DNA of 64,000 nucleotides, from the NCBI GenBank assembly GCA_943787795.1, contig CALSNU010000006.1, positions 256,001-320,000 of the forward strand, given 5' to 3'. The translations under genes and the position numbers were made by a program. Source of the DNA: an uncultured bacterium. GTDB lineage: Bacteria > Planctomycetota > UBA1135 > GCA-002686595. The notes under the pieces are model-generated. The model saw only the letters and a program-made list of their open reading frames with translations, made no database searches and was not told the DNA's origin. Shown here piece by piece: positions 38,984-48,211 of this stretch (positions are counted from its first letter, which is position 1; each line of letters begins with the position of its first letter).

Positions 38984-41900
38984 ACCGCGCCCGGTAGCGG
39001 CGCCGGCTCAGGATCACCATCAGCGCCGTAGTCGCCAAGCAACCAAACCTGCCGCCGGTAGTTCCGGATGTCCAGCAGGGTCAACGACTGCGTGGCACGC
39101 AGCGCGACCACCTGCTCGGTCGTGCGCGATGGGTGCCGGAGCGCCGACGCGAGCCGCTCCTCGGCCGCCAGGCGATCGGGGCTCCCGGTCCCCGAGAGCG
39201 CGCTCACAAGGCAAGCTCGGGCCCCGTCGACGTCCGCCGCCACCACCCGCCACGCCGTCCGGCGAAGCCGTCTCCGCGCCTGACGTCGCCGCCAAGCGAG
39301 GTCCGAGGCCTCCGGCGACGCCCCGTCAGCCGGTGAGCGGTCCAGCCGCTCCCCGGGGCCCTGGGGCAGCGCGCCCCCCGCCAGCGCAGCCCTCGTCACA
39401 CGCTGCTCTCCCCCGCTCGTCCACCAGCGCCGGAACGCCAGCCGGAGTCGGAGGCGAGGTCGAGCCGAGGGACGCTTGGCCCCGTGCAGCAGCGCGTCCA
39501 CCACCGTGTCCACCAGCACCTCCTCTCCGAACAGCGCGGAGCGAACTCCATCCGCATCCGAGAGCACGTACAGGTAGAGGCACCGCAGGCTCTCGGCGTC
39601 CACCGTGGGATCCACCCCCAGCCGCGCAGCGAGCCTGTCCTTGAGCCCACCAAGCAGCGACGCCGCGAGACGGGCGACGTCCCGGCCGGCCCGTCGGCGC
39701 AGGCTCCGCAGCAGCCGAATCGACGTCGGGTCGGCCCCCAGGAACCGGGCGTCGGCGAGCGCCGCGGAGGGCTGCGCGCGCCAGGGAACGCCCGCCCCCG
39801 CCAGGCCCGCGCTCGATTCCGCTGCGCCCATGGAATCCGACGATGCTGCCGGGAGCGTCACCCCGTGGTACTCCGGGTCGAGGATCGCCCGCAGCTCCAT
39901 CGCTGCAACGGCCGCGGGGCCCCGCATACGCTGGATTTTCCGCGCTGCCACGTCGAAGCCAGCCTCGTGATCGGGGCCAGACTCAAGGGCCACGCCTGGA
40001 CGGCGGATCACTCGCACGGCCTTGATCAGGCGCCCGAAGCCTGCAGCGAGGAGCCGCGACATGACCAGCCCGAGGCGCAGAGGGAGCACCACGACCCTCC
40101 CACCCTGCAGCCAGTCCTCGTAGAGGCTGCGGAGGTTCAGGACCCGGGACTCCAGCGGCAGCAGATGAAGGGGGTAGGTCCCGAACACAGAGCGCACGAG
40201 CGCCCTGCGATCGCGCCGCATCTTGTCGGCAACCGCCGTGCCGAAGCGCCGCTCGATCTCCCCGTCACGGCCAGCGTGAGCGTCCAGGAAATGCAGCACG
40301 GTGAAGGCCGTCGTCAGCTCCCCCGCACGAAGCTCCAGCCGGCGCTTTCCGCCTCCCTCGTCTCCGTCGCCTCCGCCGTGGAGCGCGTCGCCATCGGCGC
40401 CTCCTCGCCCCTCTGCCTCATCCCCCTGGGCCGCGCCGTCAAGCCATCGGCGGTGCGCGGCTCGCTCCCCTTCGCTGGCCCGCTCCAGGTCAGACTCAGG
40501 AATCGCGTGAGCGTTGTACTCGACGATCAAGCGCGCCGCGCGAGTCTCCAGTGACCGGCTGATGGCATGGAACCAGAGGTAGGGACCCCGAACCAACGTC
40601 CGTCGGCGCTCGAGGTCAAGGCTCTGCATCCATCGCAGGCGGGAGGCCGTGACGCGGCCAGAGGCGCCCGCGAACCGGCGCACGGCGAGGTTCCCGAGGA
40701 GCTGGCTGGTCGCCCGGGTATCGGTGTGGGCGAGCAACGCCCCATCCAGCTGATCCCGATAGAGGAGCAGGGCGCGAGCCACGTGATCGAAGCCATCCCC
40801 GCCCGAGCGGAGCGGTTCCCCGCTCTGGAGAAACTCCTTCAACCCGGAGTGAAACCGCCGCCCGTCCGCCTCAACCAGCGCGTCGCTCTCACCCCGAAGC
40901 GCACGCTCGGGCCGAAAGACCCGATCCCGAAGGAAGCTGGCGTCCTCGTCATGGCGCCGGGCCTTGAGGCTGTCCATCAGGTAGAGGAACTGCGCTCGTG
41001 CCACCTTCTCGTGAAAGGTCGTCGTGTCCCGCGCCATTCTCTGGAGCCATGACCCGATCGCGAGGAGCACGAGGCAGCTGCCCCCGAGCACATAGAAAGC
41101 GGTCCCGACCACCCCGGAGATGAGGCGAATTACCGCGAAGCTCTTCAGCTCAGCGTCGCCTTCGGGGTCCAGCGCCATGAGCGCCAGCTGCACGCCGAGG
41201 AAGGGGATCCCGAACAGCAGGAGGCGGACGGCGGGGCGTGAGGTGCGCGCCACGAGGGCAGACCCGATCCGCCCGACCACCTCACCTGGCGTGAGGGTGC
41301 CGTGGAGGTCGGCCCACCACAGGACCCGGCGGAGCGCTCGATGGAGCCCCGCCGCCAGGACGTGCACACTGCGGGAGACATGCTCGGCCGCTGCGGCGCC
41401 GAGCGCGTCGGGGGCCGCCCAGGAGCCGAGCCCCGGCAGCCACCTGAGGGGCGACAGGGCCACCAATCGGGCCGCCCGCGCGAGCCGCTCCACCGTGCTC
41501 GAACCGAGCTGCTCCACCAGCTCCTCCCCGCTGACCTCGGACAGCTGACGCAGGAGATCTTCCGCCAGCGGGAGTCGGTGACGACGGCGTCCCGGGTCCC
41601 CTGACGGGGCCGCCGCGGTGCGCTCGAGTGCTCCCTCAAGGACCTCAGCCCTCGCCGCCTCGAGCACCTCTCGTGCCGCAAGGTCTCCGGACGTATGGGC
41701 CTCGTGAAACCACGCGTCCAGCGAGCGTCGCAGGGATGAGAGCCCGCGGCGCAGCGCGGCGTCGCGACGCCAGACCTCGCGCTGCTCTGCCGGCGTCGGA
41801 AAGAGGATGACCTCCATCTCCAGCGCCGCGGCATGGCGTCGAACCACGCGGTCCAAACCACGGAGGAGGAACCCGAGCGCCCGCACGAACCAGATGACGG

Positions 41901-43290
41901 GCCGCAACGCACGCAGGTAGGCACCCAGCCTCGCCAGTCGCAGCAGCCGCAACAGACGACTGGCCTGACCGGCCTCGCCCACCAGGCCGTCCAGACCGCT
42001 GATCAGTCCAAACGGAAGCGCCGGGAGGAAGTCGGTCCAGATATGCCGGCGTAGCCAGAGGCGGCGCCGGCTCACGAAGGCCAGCTTCACGCCGAAGTCC
42101 ACCAGCAAGAAGCCGCAGATGAGCGTGTCGACCGCGGTCATGGCAACGTCAGGGAGGCCCAGGTCGACGACCCCAACTGCCCGGGCCACCTCGAGCACCA
42201 GAAGCACCAGGACCCCGAGGATCGAGGCCACGACCATCCGCTCCCAGAGCGCCACGCGGCCCTCTCCAAAGCGGGTCTCAAGCTTCAGCTGCAAGCGCTG
42301 CTCCACGAGCTCGCGCTCGACCCGGCGCAGCCTCCGAGCGAGCCTCGCGCGGTCCCGACCGGGTTCAGCCTCGAGCTCCGCAAGGTGCCAGAGCAAGGCG
42401 TCCTCAGCCTCCCTCAAGACGCCGACGCACTCCGCAGAGGTGGCCTCGCCGGTGAGCAGAATGGCGTCGTCCGCGTGATCGACCATGCGCCCGGCCATCG
42501 CGGTTCGCAGGTCAGCATCCAGCCGGCCCGCAGCGGCGTGGCTCGCCAGCGACCGACGCAGTTCGGCACGCGTGATGCTCACCTCGTCTGGCGCCTGACC
42601 CTCCTCGAATGTCTGGCGCTCCGGGTCGTTCGTCCAGGCCCCTGAGTCACCGGCCTGGGCCCCCGAGGCGTCAATCTGGGTCTCCGAGAGCTCGCCCTGC
42701 CGAACGCGGGCGTCTGCGGACCGGCGCGGATCCGAGGGAGACCCCGATGCCGCCTGCCCGACCCGAACGCCAGCGAGCAGGAACTCCTCGACTCGCATCA
42801 ACGCCGCGAAGACCTTCTCAGGCTCCAGCAGGGCCTCGGCCCGGCGCGCCGCCAACCAGCGGGATCGGTTGACGGTCAGAGCGCTGCCAAGTCTCCCCGA
42901 GGCCCCGGAGGACCCGCTGCGCTCCAGGTGCCCCCGCCAAGAGAGGGTGACCGACCGGGCATGCCGGGCGGAGTCCGCGCCGCCGAGGGAGCCGCTCGAG
43001 GCCTCCTCAAGGCCGAAGAGCCGCGCCTCAAGCCCCGCCAGCGACGAGGCCCGCAGTTGACCGTCGAGCGAACCCCAGTCCGCCCTGAGCGCGGCCGCAT
43101 CTCCCTGCAGGGACTCCCAAGCCGTGACCACATCCACGGACCTGGGGCCATCGCGGGGCAACCCGTCAGGCTCCCCTGTGCGCCTGCCGCGGCCGTCTTC
43201 CAGGCCCCCGAATTCGGCGCCGGGCCCCTCCTCGGACAGGGGCCACGCCGCGCTGGGCGGATCTGGATCGTTCGGAGGATGGGAGGTCAC
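38980..43290 (-). CDS. large membrane protein with ion-transport voltage-sensor-like (S1-S4) module
   Basis: Four helices at about 41860-42250 including RLLRLLRLARL...LRALR; two further TM helices; start uncertain (GTG 43290 lies 19 nt downstream of TAGACT). Confidence 0.7.
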   Translation of the reverse strand: MTSHPPNDPDPPSAAWPLSEEGPGAEFGGLEDGRGRRTGEPDGLPRDGPRSVDVVTAWESLQGDAAALRADWGSLDGQLRASSLAGLEARLFGLEEASSGSLGGADSARHARSVTLSWRGHLERSGSSGASGRLGSALTVNRSRWLAARRAEALLEPEKVFAALMRVEEFLLAGVRVGQAASGSPSDPRRSADARVRQGELSETQIDASGAQAGDSGAWTNDPERQTFEEGQAPDEVSITRAELRRSLASHAAAGRLDADLRTAMAGRMVDHADDAILLTGEATSAECVGVLREAEDALLWHLAELEAEPGRDRARLARRLRRVERELVEQRLQLKLETRFGEGRVALWERMVVASILGVLVLLVLEVARAVGVVDLGLPDVAMTAVDTLICGFLLVDFGVKLAFVSRRRLWLRRHIWTDFLPALPFGLISGLDGLVGEAGQASRLLRLLRLARLGAYLRALRPVIWFVRALGFLLRGLDRVVRRHAAALEMEVILFPTPAEQREVWRRDAALRRGLSSLRRSLDAWFHEAHTSGDLAAREVLEAARAEVLEGALERTAAAPSGDPGRRRHRLPLAEDLLRQLSEVSGEELVEQLGSSTVERLARAARLVALSPLRWLPGLGSWAAPDALGAAAAEHVSRSVHVLAAGLHRALRRVLWWADLHGTLTPGEVVGRIGSALVARTSRPAVRLLLFGIPFLGVQLALMALDPEGDAELKSFAVIRLISGVVGTAFYVLGGSCLVLLAIGSWLQRMARDTTTFHEKVARAQFLYLMDSLKARRHDEDASFLRDRVFRPERALRGESDALVEADGRRFHSGLKEFLQSGEPLRSGGDGFDHVARALLLYRDQLDGALLAHTDTRATSQLLGNLAVRRFAGASGRVTASRLRWMQSLDLERRRTLVRGPYLWFHAISRSLETRAARLIVEYNAHAIPESDLERASEGERAAHRRWLDGAAQGDEAEGRGGADGDALHGGGDGDEGGGKRRLELRAGELTTAFTVLHFLDAHAGRDGEIERRFGTAVADKMRRDRRALVRSVFGTYPLHLLPLESRVLNLRSLYEDWLQGGRVVVLPLRLGLVMSRLLAAGFGRLIKAVRVIRRPGVALESGPDHEAGFDVAARKIQRMRGPAAVAAMELRAILDPEYHGVTLPAASSDSMGAAESSAGLAGAGVPWRAQPSAALADARFLGADPTSIRLLRSLRRRAGRDVARLAASLLGGLKDRLAARLGVDPTVDAESLRCLYLYVLSDADGVRSALFGEEVLVDTVVDALLHGAKRPSARPRLRLRLAFRRWWTSGGEQRVTRAALAGGALPQGPGERLDRSPADGASPEASDLAWRRRQARRRLRRTAWRVVAADVDGARACLVSALSGTGSPDRLAAEERLASALRHPSRTTEQVVALRATQSLTLLDIRNYRRQVWLLGDYGADGDPEPAPLPGAV

Positions 43291-43607
43291 GGCGTTCGGG
43301 GCGGCGCGCAGTCTACTGACCCTGGCCAAAGGCCCGGAGCCATCGACGAGGATCCCACAGGTTCCCCCGGTCACCGATCCAGGATGAACCCACCTCCGCT
43401 GAGACCCCCGCTGAGACATCCGCCGAGTCCGGGCTGAGTCGGCGCTGGCCCCCGCCGAGCTCCCATGCGGCCGTCTGACGTGCCGGCGCCCCCTCTCGCT
43501 GAAGTTGAGCGCTCGGATGAAATACGGGGGATCGTTCGCCAGTAAGGCGTTGGTACCATCGGCCCAGCGGGGTCCGTCCGATCCCCGAAACACGCGCGAC
43601 CACTGCC

Positions 43608-44381
43608 ATGACCGAAGACACGCCCCCCAATCTGGAGCCCCCCTCGACCGCCAACGACGCCGGCTCGGCCCCCGCCAAGATCGAGAAGGAGTCCATCTGG
43701 GAGGTCTACTACCCCTTCAACGCGGACAAGGACAAGGACGCGGTTCCGGTCGCCTCCTTCCCGATGATCATCTACTTCTGGCCCACCCTGCTCGCCTTCT
43801 TGCTCTGCGGCGTGATCCAGTCCTTCGGCGACGAGGCGACGCAGTCCGTGACGCTCGGCTGGTGGGCCACCGGGGCCCTGACCTTCAACCTCATGGTGAT
43901 CGTCACCGACCTCGACCAGAAGAAGTTCGCCATCGTCCTGCTCCTGGTACTGCTCGCCTGCGCGGGGCTCTACGTCGGCAGACTCAAGGGGTGGGCCGTC
44001 CTGGGTGACGCAGGCCACTGGATCGCCGCGCTCCAGGTGAGCTACAGCACCGCCGCCTACCTCGTCGTCGGCTGCTCGCTGCTGTTCTTCTTCTTGCTGG
44101 GCATGCTCCAGCCGCGGCTCAACTACTGGCGCCTCGAGCCGAACGAGTTCGTCCACTACGTCCAGCCCTGGGGCAGAGACCAGAGCATCCCGCGCCTGGG
44201 GAGCACCGTGACCCGCGAGGTCCCGGACGTCCTCGAGCTGCTCCTCACCTTCGGCGGCGGCACGCTCGCGATCAAGCGAGAGGGGCAGGTGGTGGCGCGA
44301 ATCCAGCACGTGCCCTTCCTGGGCAAGCGCATGAAGTCCATCGAGCGCCTCCTCGGCGTCACGCGCGTCCAGCACACCTGA
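43608..44381 (+). CDS. multi-pass membrane protein with possible C-terminal bacterial PH-like domain
   Basis: About 4 TM helices, then NYW.LEPNE...DVLELLL.FGGGTL.I pattern; strong codon bias. Confidence 0.65.
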   Translation: MTEDTPPNLEPPSTANDAGSAPAKIEKESIWEVYYPFNADKDKDAVPVASFPMIIYFWPTLLAFLLCGVIQSFGDEATQSVTLGWWATGALTFNLMVIVTDLDQKKFAIVLLLVLLACAGLYVGRLKGWAVLGDAGHWIAALQVSYSTAAYLVVGCSLLFFFLLGMLQPRLNYWRLEPNEFVHYVQPWGRDQSIPRLGSTVTREVPDVLELLLTFGGGTLAIKREGQVVARIQHVPFLGKRMKSIERLLGVTRVQHT

Positions 44382-44405
44382 GCCGGCTGCTCTCCCCGTA
44401 TCCAC

Positions 44406-45704
44406 ATGTCGATCATCGAATTCCCCGAGCGCGTCGCGCTCGACATGGCGTCTTACATCGACGCCTCTCCGTCGCCTTACCACGCCTGCGACACCTCGGC
44501 CGAGCGCCTGGTCGCAGGGGGCTTCACCGAGATCAATGAGCTCGAGACGTGGACCGAGGTCCCAGAGCGCGGGTTCGTACGCCGGGGCGGATCCCTGTTT
44601 GCGTGGTACTTCCCAGCCGAGCTGGATCCCGCCACCGGTTTCCGCATCGCGGGCGCCCACACGGACAGCCCCAACCTGCGGATCAAGCCCCGCCCCGACA
44701 CAGGCGCGGCGGGCTTCCGCCAGCTGGGCGTCGAGGTCTACGGCGGGGTCCTGCTGAACTCCTGGCTGGACCGCGACCTGGGGATCAGCGGTCGTGCCTT
44801 CGTCTCCGATGGACCGCACCTGGTCGAGCGCCACTTCAAGGTCGACCGGCCGATCCTGCGGGTCCCGCAGCTCGCCATCCACCTGGATCGAGCGATCGGA
44901 GAGAAGGGGTTGAAGCTCGACAAGCAACAGCACATGGCGCCGGTCATGGCCGTTGGCGACAGCAAGGAGGGCGCCTTCGCCGAATTCCTCGCCCAGGAAC
45001 TCGGGATCGCCCCTGGGGCGATCAAGAGCTACGACGCGATGGTCCACGACCTCACCCCCTCCGGGCTCCTCGGCGCCGAGAAGGACATGCTCGCGGCCCC
45101 TCGGCTGGACAACCTCTGCAGCTCCTATTGCGCCCTTACGGCGCTGATCGAGACGGCGGCCAAGGGACCCTCGCACCCGCTGGCGGTCACGCTCTTTGAT
45201 CATGAGGAGGTCGGCAGCGCCAGTCGGGGCGGCGCCGACGGTCCGCTCCTCGGCGACGTCACAGAGCGGCTGATCCTGGCCCGTGGAGGAGACCGCGACT
45301 CCTATCTCCGCAGCATCCAGGACTCCATCTGCGTCTCGGCCGACATGGCCCACGCGGTCCACCCCAACTACGTGGACCGGCACGAGCCCGATCACCACAT
45401 CCACCTGAACGGCGGCCCTGTGATCAAGGTCAACGCCAACCAGCGCTACGCCACCGAGGCCGAGACCGAGGCGCTCTTCCAGATGGCCTGCGAGCGCGCT
45501 GGGGTCCCGTTCCAGAAGTGGGTGATGAAGACCAACATGGCCTGCGGGTCGACCATCGGCCCGCTCACGGCAGCGAAGCATGGCATGCGCACCGTGGACG
45601 TTGGATGCGCTCAGCTCTCCATGCACAGTGCCCGTGAGCTCTGCGGCGTGAAGGACCCGGCCTGGATGGTCTCGGCGCTCGGCGAGATGTTCCTCATGAA
45701 CTGA
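44406..45704 (+). CDS. M18-family aspartyl aminopeptidase
   Basis: SPSPYHA, GAHTDSP, EVYGG...SWLDRDL, RLDNL, DHEEVGS, SADMAHAVHPNY, CGSTIGP, MHSARE. Confidence 0.95.
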   Translation: MSIIEFPERVALDMASYIDASPSPYHACDTSAERLVAGGFTEINELETWTEVPERGFVRRGGSLFAWYFPAELDPATGFRIAGAHTDSPNLRIKPRPDTGAAGFRQLGVEVYGGVLLNSWLDRDLGISGRAFVSDGPHLVERHFKVDRPILRVPQLAIHLDRAIGEKGLKLDKQQHMAPVMAVGDSKEGAFAEFLAQELGIAPGAIKSYDAMVHDLTPSGLLGAEKDMLAAPRLDNLCSSYCALTALIETAAKGPSHPLAVTLFDHEEVGSASRGGADGPLLGDVTERLILARGGDRDSYLRSIQDSICVSADMAHAVHPNYVDRHEPDHHIHLNGGPVIKVNANQRYATEAETEALFQMACERAGVPFQKWVMKTNMACGSTIGPLTAAKHGMRTVDVGCAQLSMHSARELCGVKDPAWMVSALGEMFLMN

Positions 45705-46638
45705 GGGCGCCGAGCAGCTCCGGCGCTCCCCTGGCGAACTGGAAGGTCAGCCGAGCGTTGATGTCCGTCGCCACCTGGAGGCTCACCGCCCCGTCGGCTC
45801 CCCTCCAGCGGAAGGCGTCCACACCGAAGGGGCCCGAGTACCCAAGATCCACCAGCGCCTCGCCCACCTGCGCGCCAGAGCGGACCAGACGAACGTACCC
45901 CGCCTCACTGAGCGGCGGCACCACTCGGAGTTGTTCTCCAGGCTCATCGCCGGGCTCATCTTCGTGCGCCGGGCCCCGCCACCGCAGGGGCTCGCCGCAG
46001 CGGACCCCGCCGCCCTCATCAACGAACCCGTGGACGGAGTACTCGTCCACGATGTCAACCAGCGGCTGGACCTCCACCGGGCCCTCAGCGAGGGCCGCCC
46101 GGCTCCAGCGCTCCGCCGGCTCCCCCCATGCCTCGGCGATCAACCGCCCGCTCCCCGCGCTGCAAAGAGAGCGGCGCAGGACCCAGGCGGCTCGGCCATG
46201 AACTCCGCCGCCACTTCGTGGTAGCCCTGCCCGCTCCACCGCCGCCCTCAGCGCGCCTTGAGACGTGACGACGAGCGCCCCGGGGAGCGGGTCCAGCGCC
46301 GCGAAGGTCTCACGCGAGTTGGCTGCGATCAGCGCCTCCACGGACGGTCCGGGGAGCTCAAGCCCCACGCGCGCCATGGCCGCCCTGGCCCGGGGCGTTG
46401 GACACCAGGCTCGCGGCGTCGCGCCGCGGGGAAGCGCGCCTTGAGACTCCTGCACCCCATCCACGACCACGTCGCCTGGGCCCAGGACCCCACCCTCCTT
46501 CACGGGGCGACCGAGGTGCTCGATGGCCTCGGCCATTCGGCGCCGAGCCGCCGCACCAGGCGCTCGCGCCGCGACGCCGGCTCGATGGGCCGCGAGCTCC
46601 CGCTCGGCGTCCAGGTTGAAGATCCAGGCGATTGTCAC
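45694..46638 (-). CDS. ATP-grasp-like hypothetical protein
   Basis: AWCPTP, ANSR, WVLR....AGSGR, VEVQP......EYS.HG, GYSGPFGVDAF, DINAR.T; GTG 46638 overlaps the DUF455 stop (GTGA). Confidence 0.65.
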   Translation of the reverse strand: MTIAWIFNLDAERELAAHRAGVAARAPGAAARRRMAEAIEHLGRPVKEGGVLGPGDVVVDGVQESQGALPRGATPRAWCPTPRARAAMARVGLELPGPSVEALIAANSRETFAALDPLPGALVVTSQGALRAAVERAGLPRSGGGVHGRAAWVLRRSLCSAGSGRLIAEAWGEPAERWSRAALAEGPVEVQPLVDIVDEYSVHGFVDEGGGVRCGEPLRWRGPAHEDEPGDEPGEQLRVVPPLSEAGYVRLVRSGAQVGEALVDLGYSGPFGVDAFRWRGADGAVSLQVATDINARLTFQFARGAPELLGALSS

Positions 46639-47447
46639 CGACGCGACGGCGTTCGGGTGTCCCCGGCCGCCTCGAGCCGGTCGAGGAAGACCTCGGACAG
46701 CCCAGCGCGGCGCCGTCGATCGCGGTCTAGCGGGTCCCCTTTGAGCACCGCAGGGGTGAGCGGCGGCGGTAGCTCCGCGACCCATCGGTCGTAGTCAGGG
46801 CCCGCCCCCGGTGCCGCGTCGGACCACGCGGAGAACCAGCGCGCCGCGAAGTGCACATGAGCAACCTCTTCCCTCCCCACGCGTGCCACGAGTTCTGCGC
46901 TCTGCACATCGCCCGCCTGGCGCAGCAGGTCCTCGAATCGATGGGCATGCTCCAGGTTGCCGCCCTCGAAGCCAAGCCCCATGAGCGCGACGTACTGCAG
47001 GGGGGTCCGGCAGCCAAGCGTCCGCTCCCAGAACCAATCGCGGACGGCGTGGGTGCCATAGGGCGCGCCGAGTTCCTCCAGCCGAGCCGCGTAGCAGGCC
47101 GCGTGCCGTACCTCGTCCAGCATCACGGAGAACAGCTCCTCGCGGAAGGCGTCCGGCGCTCCCGGGAACGCGAGGATGGCCCAGCCGCAGAGCTCGGCCG
47201 CCTGGATCTCGTGGTGTGTGAAGACATGCAGCAGTCGCGCCACCGCGGAGGCCTCCCGAAGCGCTCCTGGCCGAGGGATTCGATCGGCGCGCGGGCTCAC
47301 CCGGAGCCTCGGATCTCGACCGGGACCAGCGAGCCGAACGGCCTCAGGAGGCGCGGGCCCCGCCATGAGCGACGCGGCCGGAAGCTGGAGCTTGAGGCGC
47401 AGGTCATGGCCCTCGATGTAGGAGCGAATCCACGCCTCTCGGGTCAC
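46635..47447 (-). CDS. DUF455-family ferritin-like diiron protein
   Basis: LLH.F.HHEIQA.EL, DEVRH, FEGGNLEH, EEVAHV..A.RWF; start could be 47447 (GTG) or 47555 (TTG). Confidence 0.85.
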   Translation of the reverse strand: MTREAWIRSYIEGHDLRLKLQLPAASLMAGPAPPEAVRLAGPGRDPRLRVSPRADRIPRPGALREASAVARLLHVFTHHEIQAAELCGWAILAFPGAPDAFREELFSVMLDEVRHAACYAARLEELGAPYGTHAVRDWFWERTLGCRTPLQYVALMGLGFEGGNLEHAHRFEDLLRQAGDVQSAELVARVGREEVAHVHFAARWFSAWSDAAPGAGPDYDRWVAELPPPLTPAVLKGDPLDRDRRRRAGLSEVFLDRLEAAGDTRTPSRR

Positions 47448-47544
47448 GCCGGCCGCCGCTCGGCCACGAGCGGCCTCGACATCTCTCCCCCCAGGCCCAA
47501 CTCCCGGCCCCCCCCCGTGTCCAGGCTCAGCCGCCTTCGTGGGC

Positions 47545-47979
47545 TCAGGAGCCAACGGTCACCCTCGCGCCCTTGCTCTCGAGGAAGCGGGCGACTCGCT
47601 CGGAGAGCTCGCCCTGCACCACGACCTCCCCGCCCTTGACCCTCGCACCCGTCCCGAGGCGCTGACCCAGCGCCCTGGCAAGGTCGCCAAGGTCGCGGAC
47701 GTCCACGCCCGCGAGGGACGAAACGATGGTCACCACCTTCCCACCGCGCCCCTTACGCTCCTTCCGCACGAGCCAGTGCGCGCCGGCCTCCATCGCCCGG
47801 TCCGGAGACACCTCGACCGGCTCTTCTCGAGCCGTGGCCGCCTCGCCGCCCTCTCCAGGCACGCCCGGGCCCCCCTTCGACCCAGGAACACCTGGGGCGC
47901 CCCGACGGAGCGCGGCAAAGGGGTTGTGAGTGAGACCCTGCTCACTCTCCCCTCCCAGTTCGACCTTCCGCTTGCTCAT
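47545..47979 (-). CDS. yciH: translation initiation factor SUI1/eIF1 homolog (YciH)
   Basis: ERKGRGGKVVT, LA..L...LGTGA.V....V.VQG. Confidence 0.88.
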   Translation of the reverse strand: MSKRKVELGGESEQGLTHNPFAALRRGAPGVPGSKGGPGVPGEGGEAATAREEPVEVSPDRAMEAGAHWLVRKERKGRGGKVVTIVSSLAGVDVRDLGDLARALGQRLGTGARVKGGEVVVQGELSERVARFLESKGARVTVGS

Positions 47980-48211
47980 GATCAACCTCCTGAACCGCGC
48001 CCACGGTGCCCACCATGGCGCGCCAGCGCCAGCCCTGACTCAAGCTGAGATTTCCTTATGGAAGCGATCGCCCATCACGGTCCCGATCTCGGCTGCTCAG
48101 GGTATGCCTAAGGTGAGGCGGCCCGTACAAACGCCGCCCAACAACTTCTTTGACCGAGAGCAGCCGCATCTGCATCGGCGAATCAACCGCCCCCCCCACT
48201 GACCCACTGGC

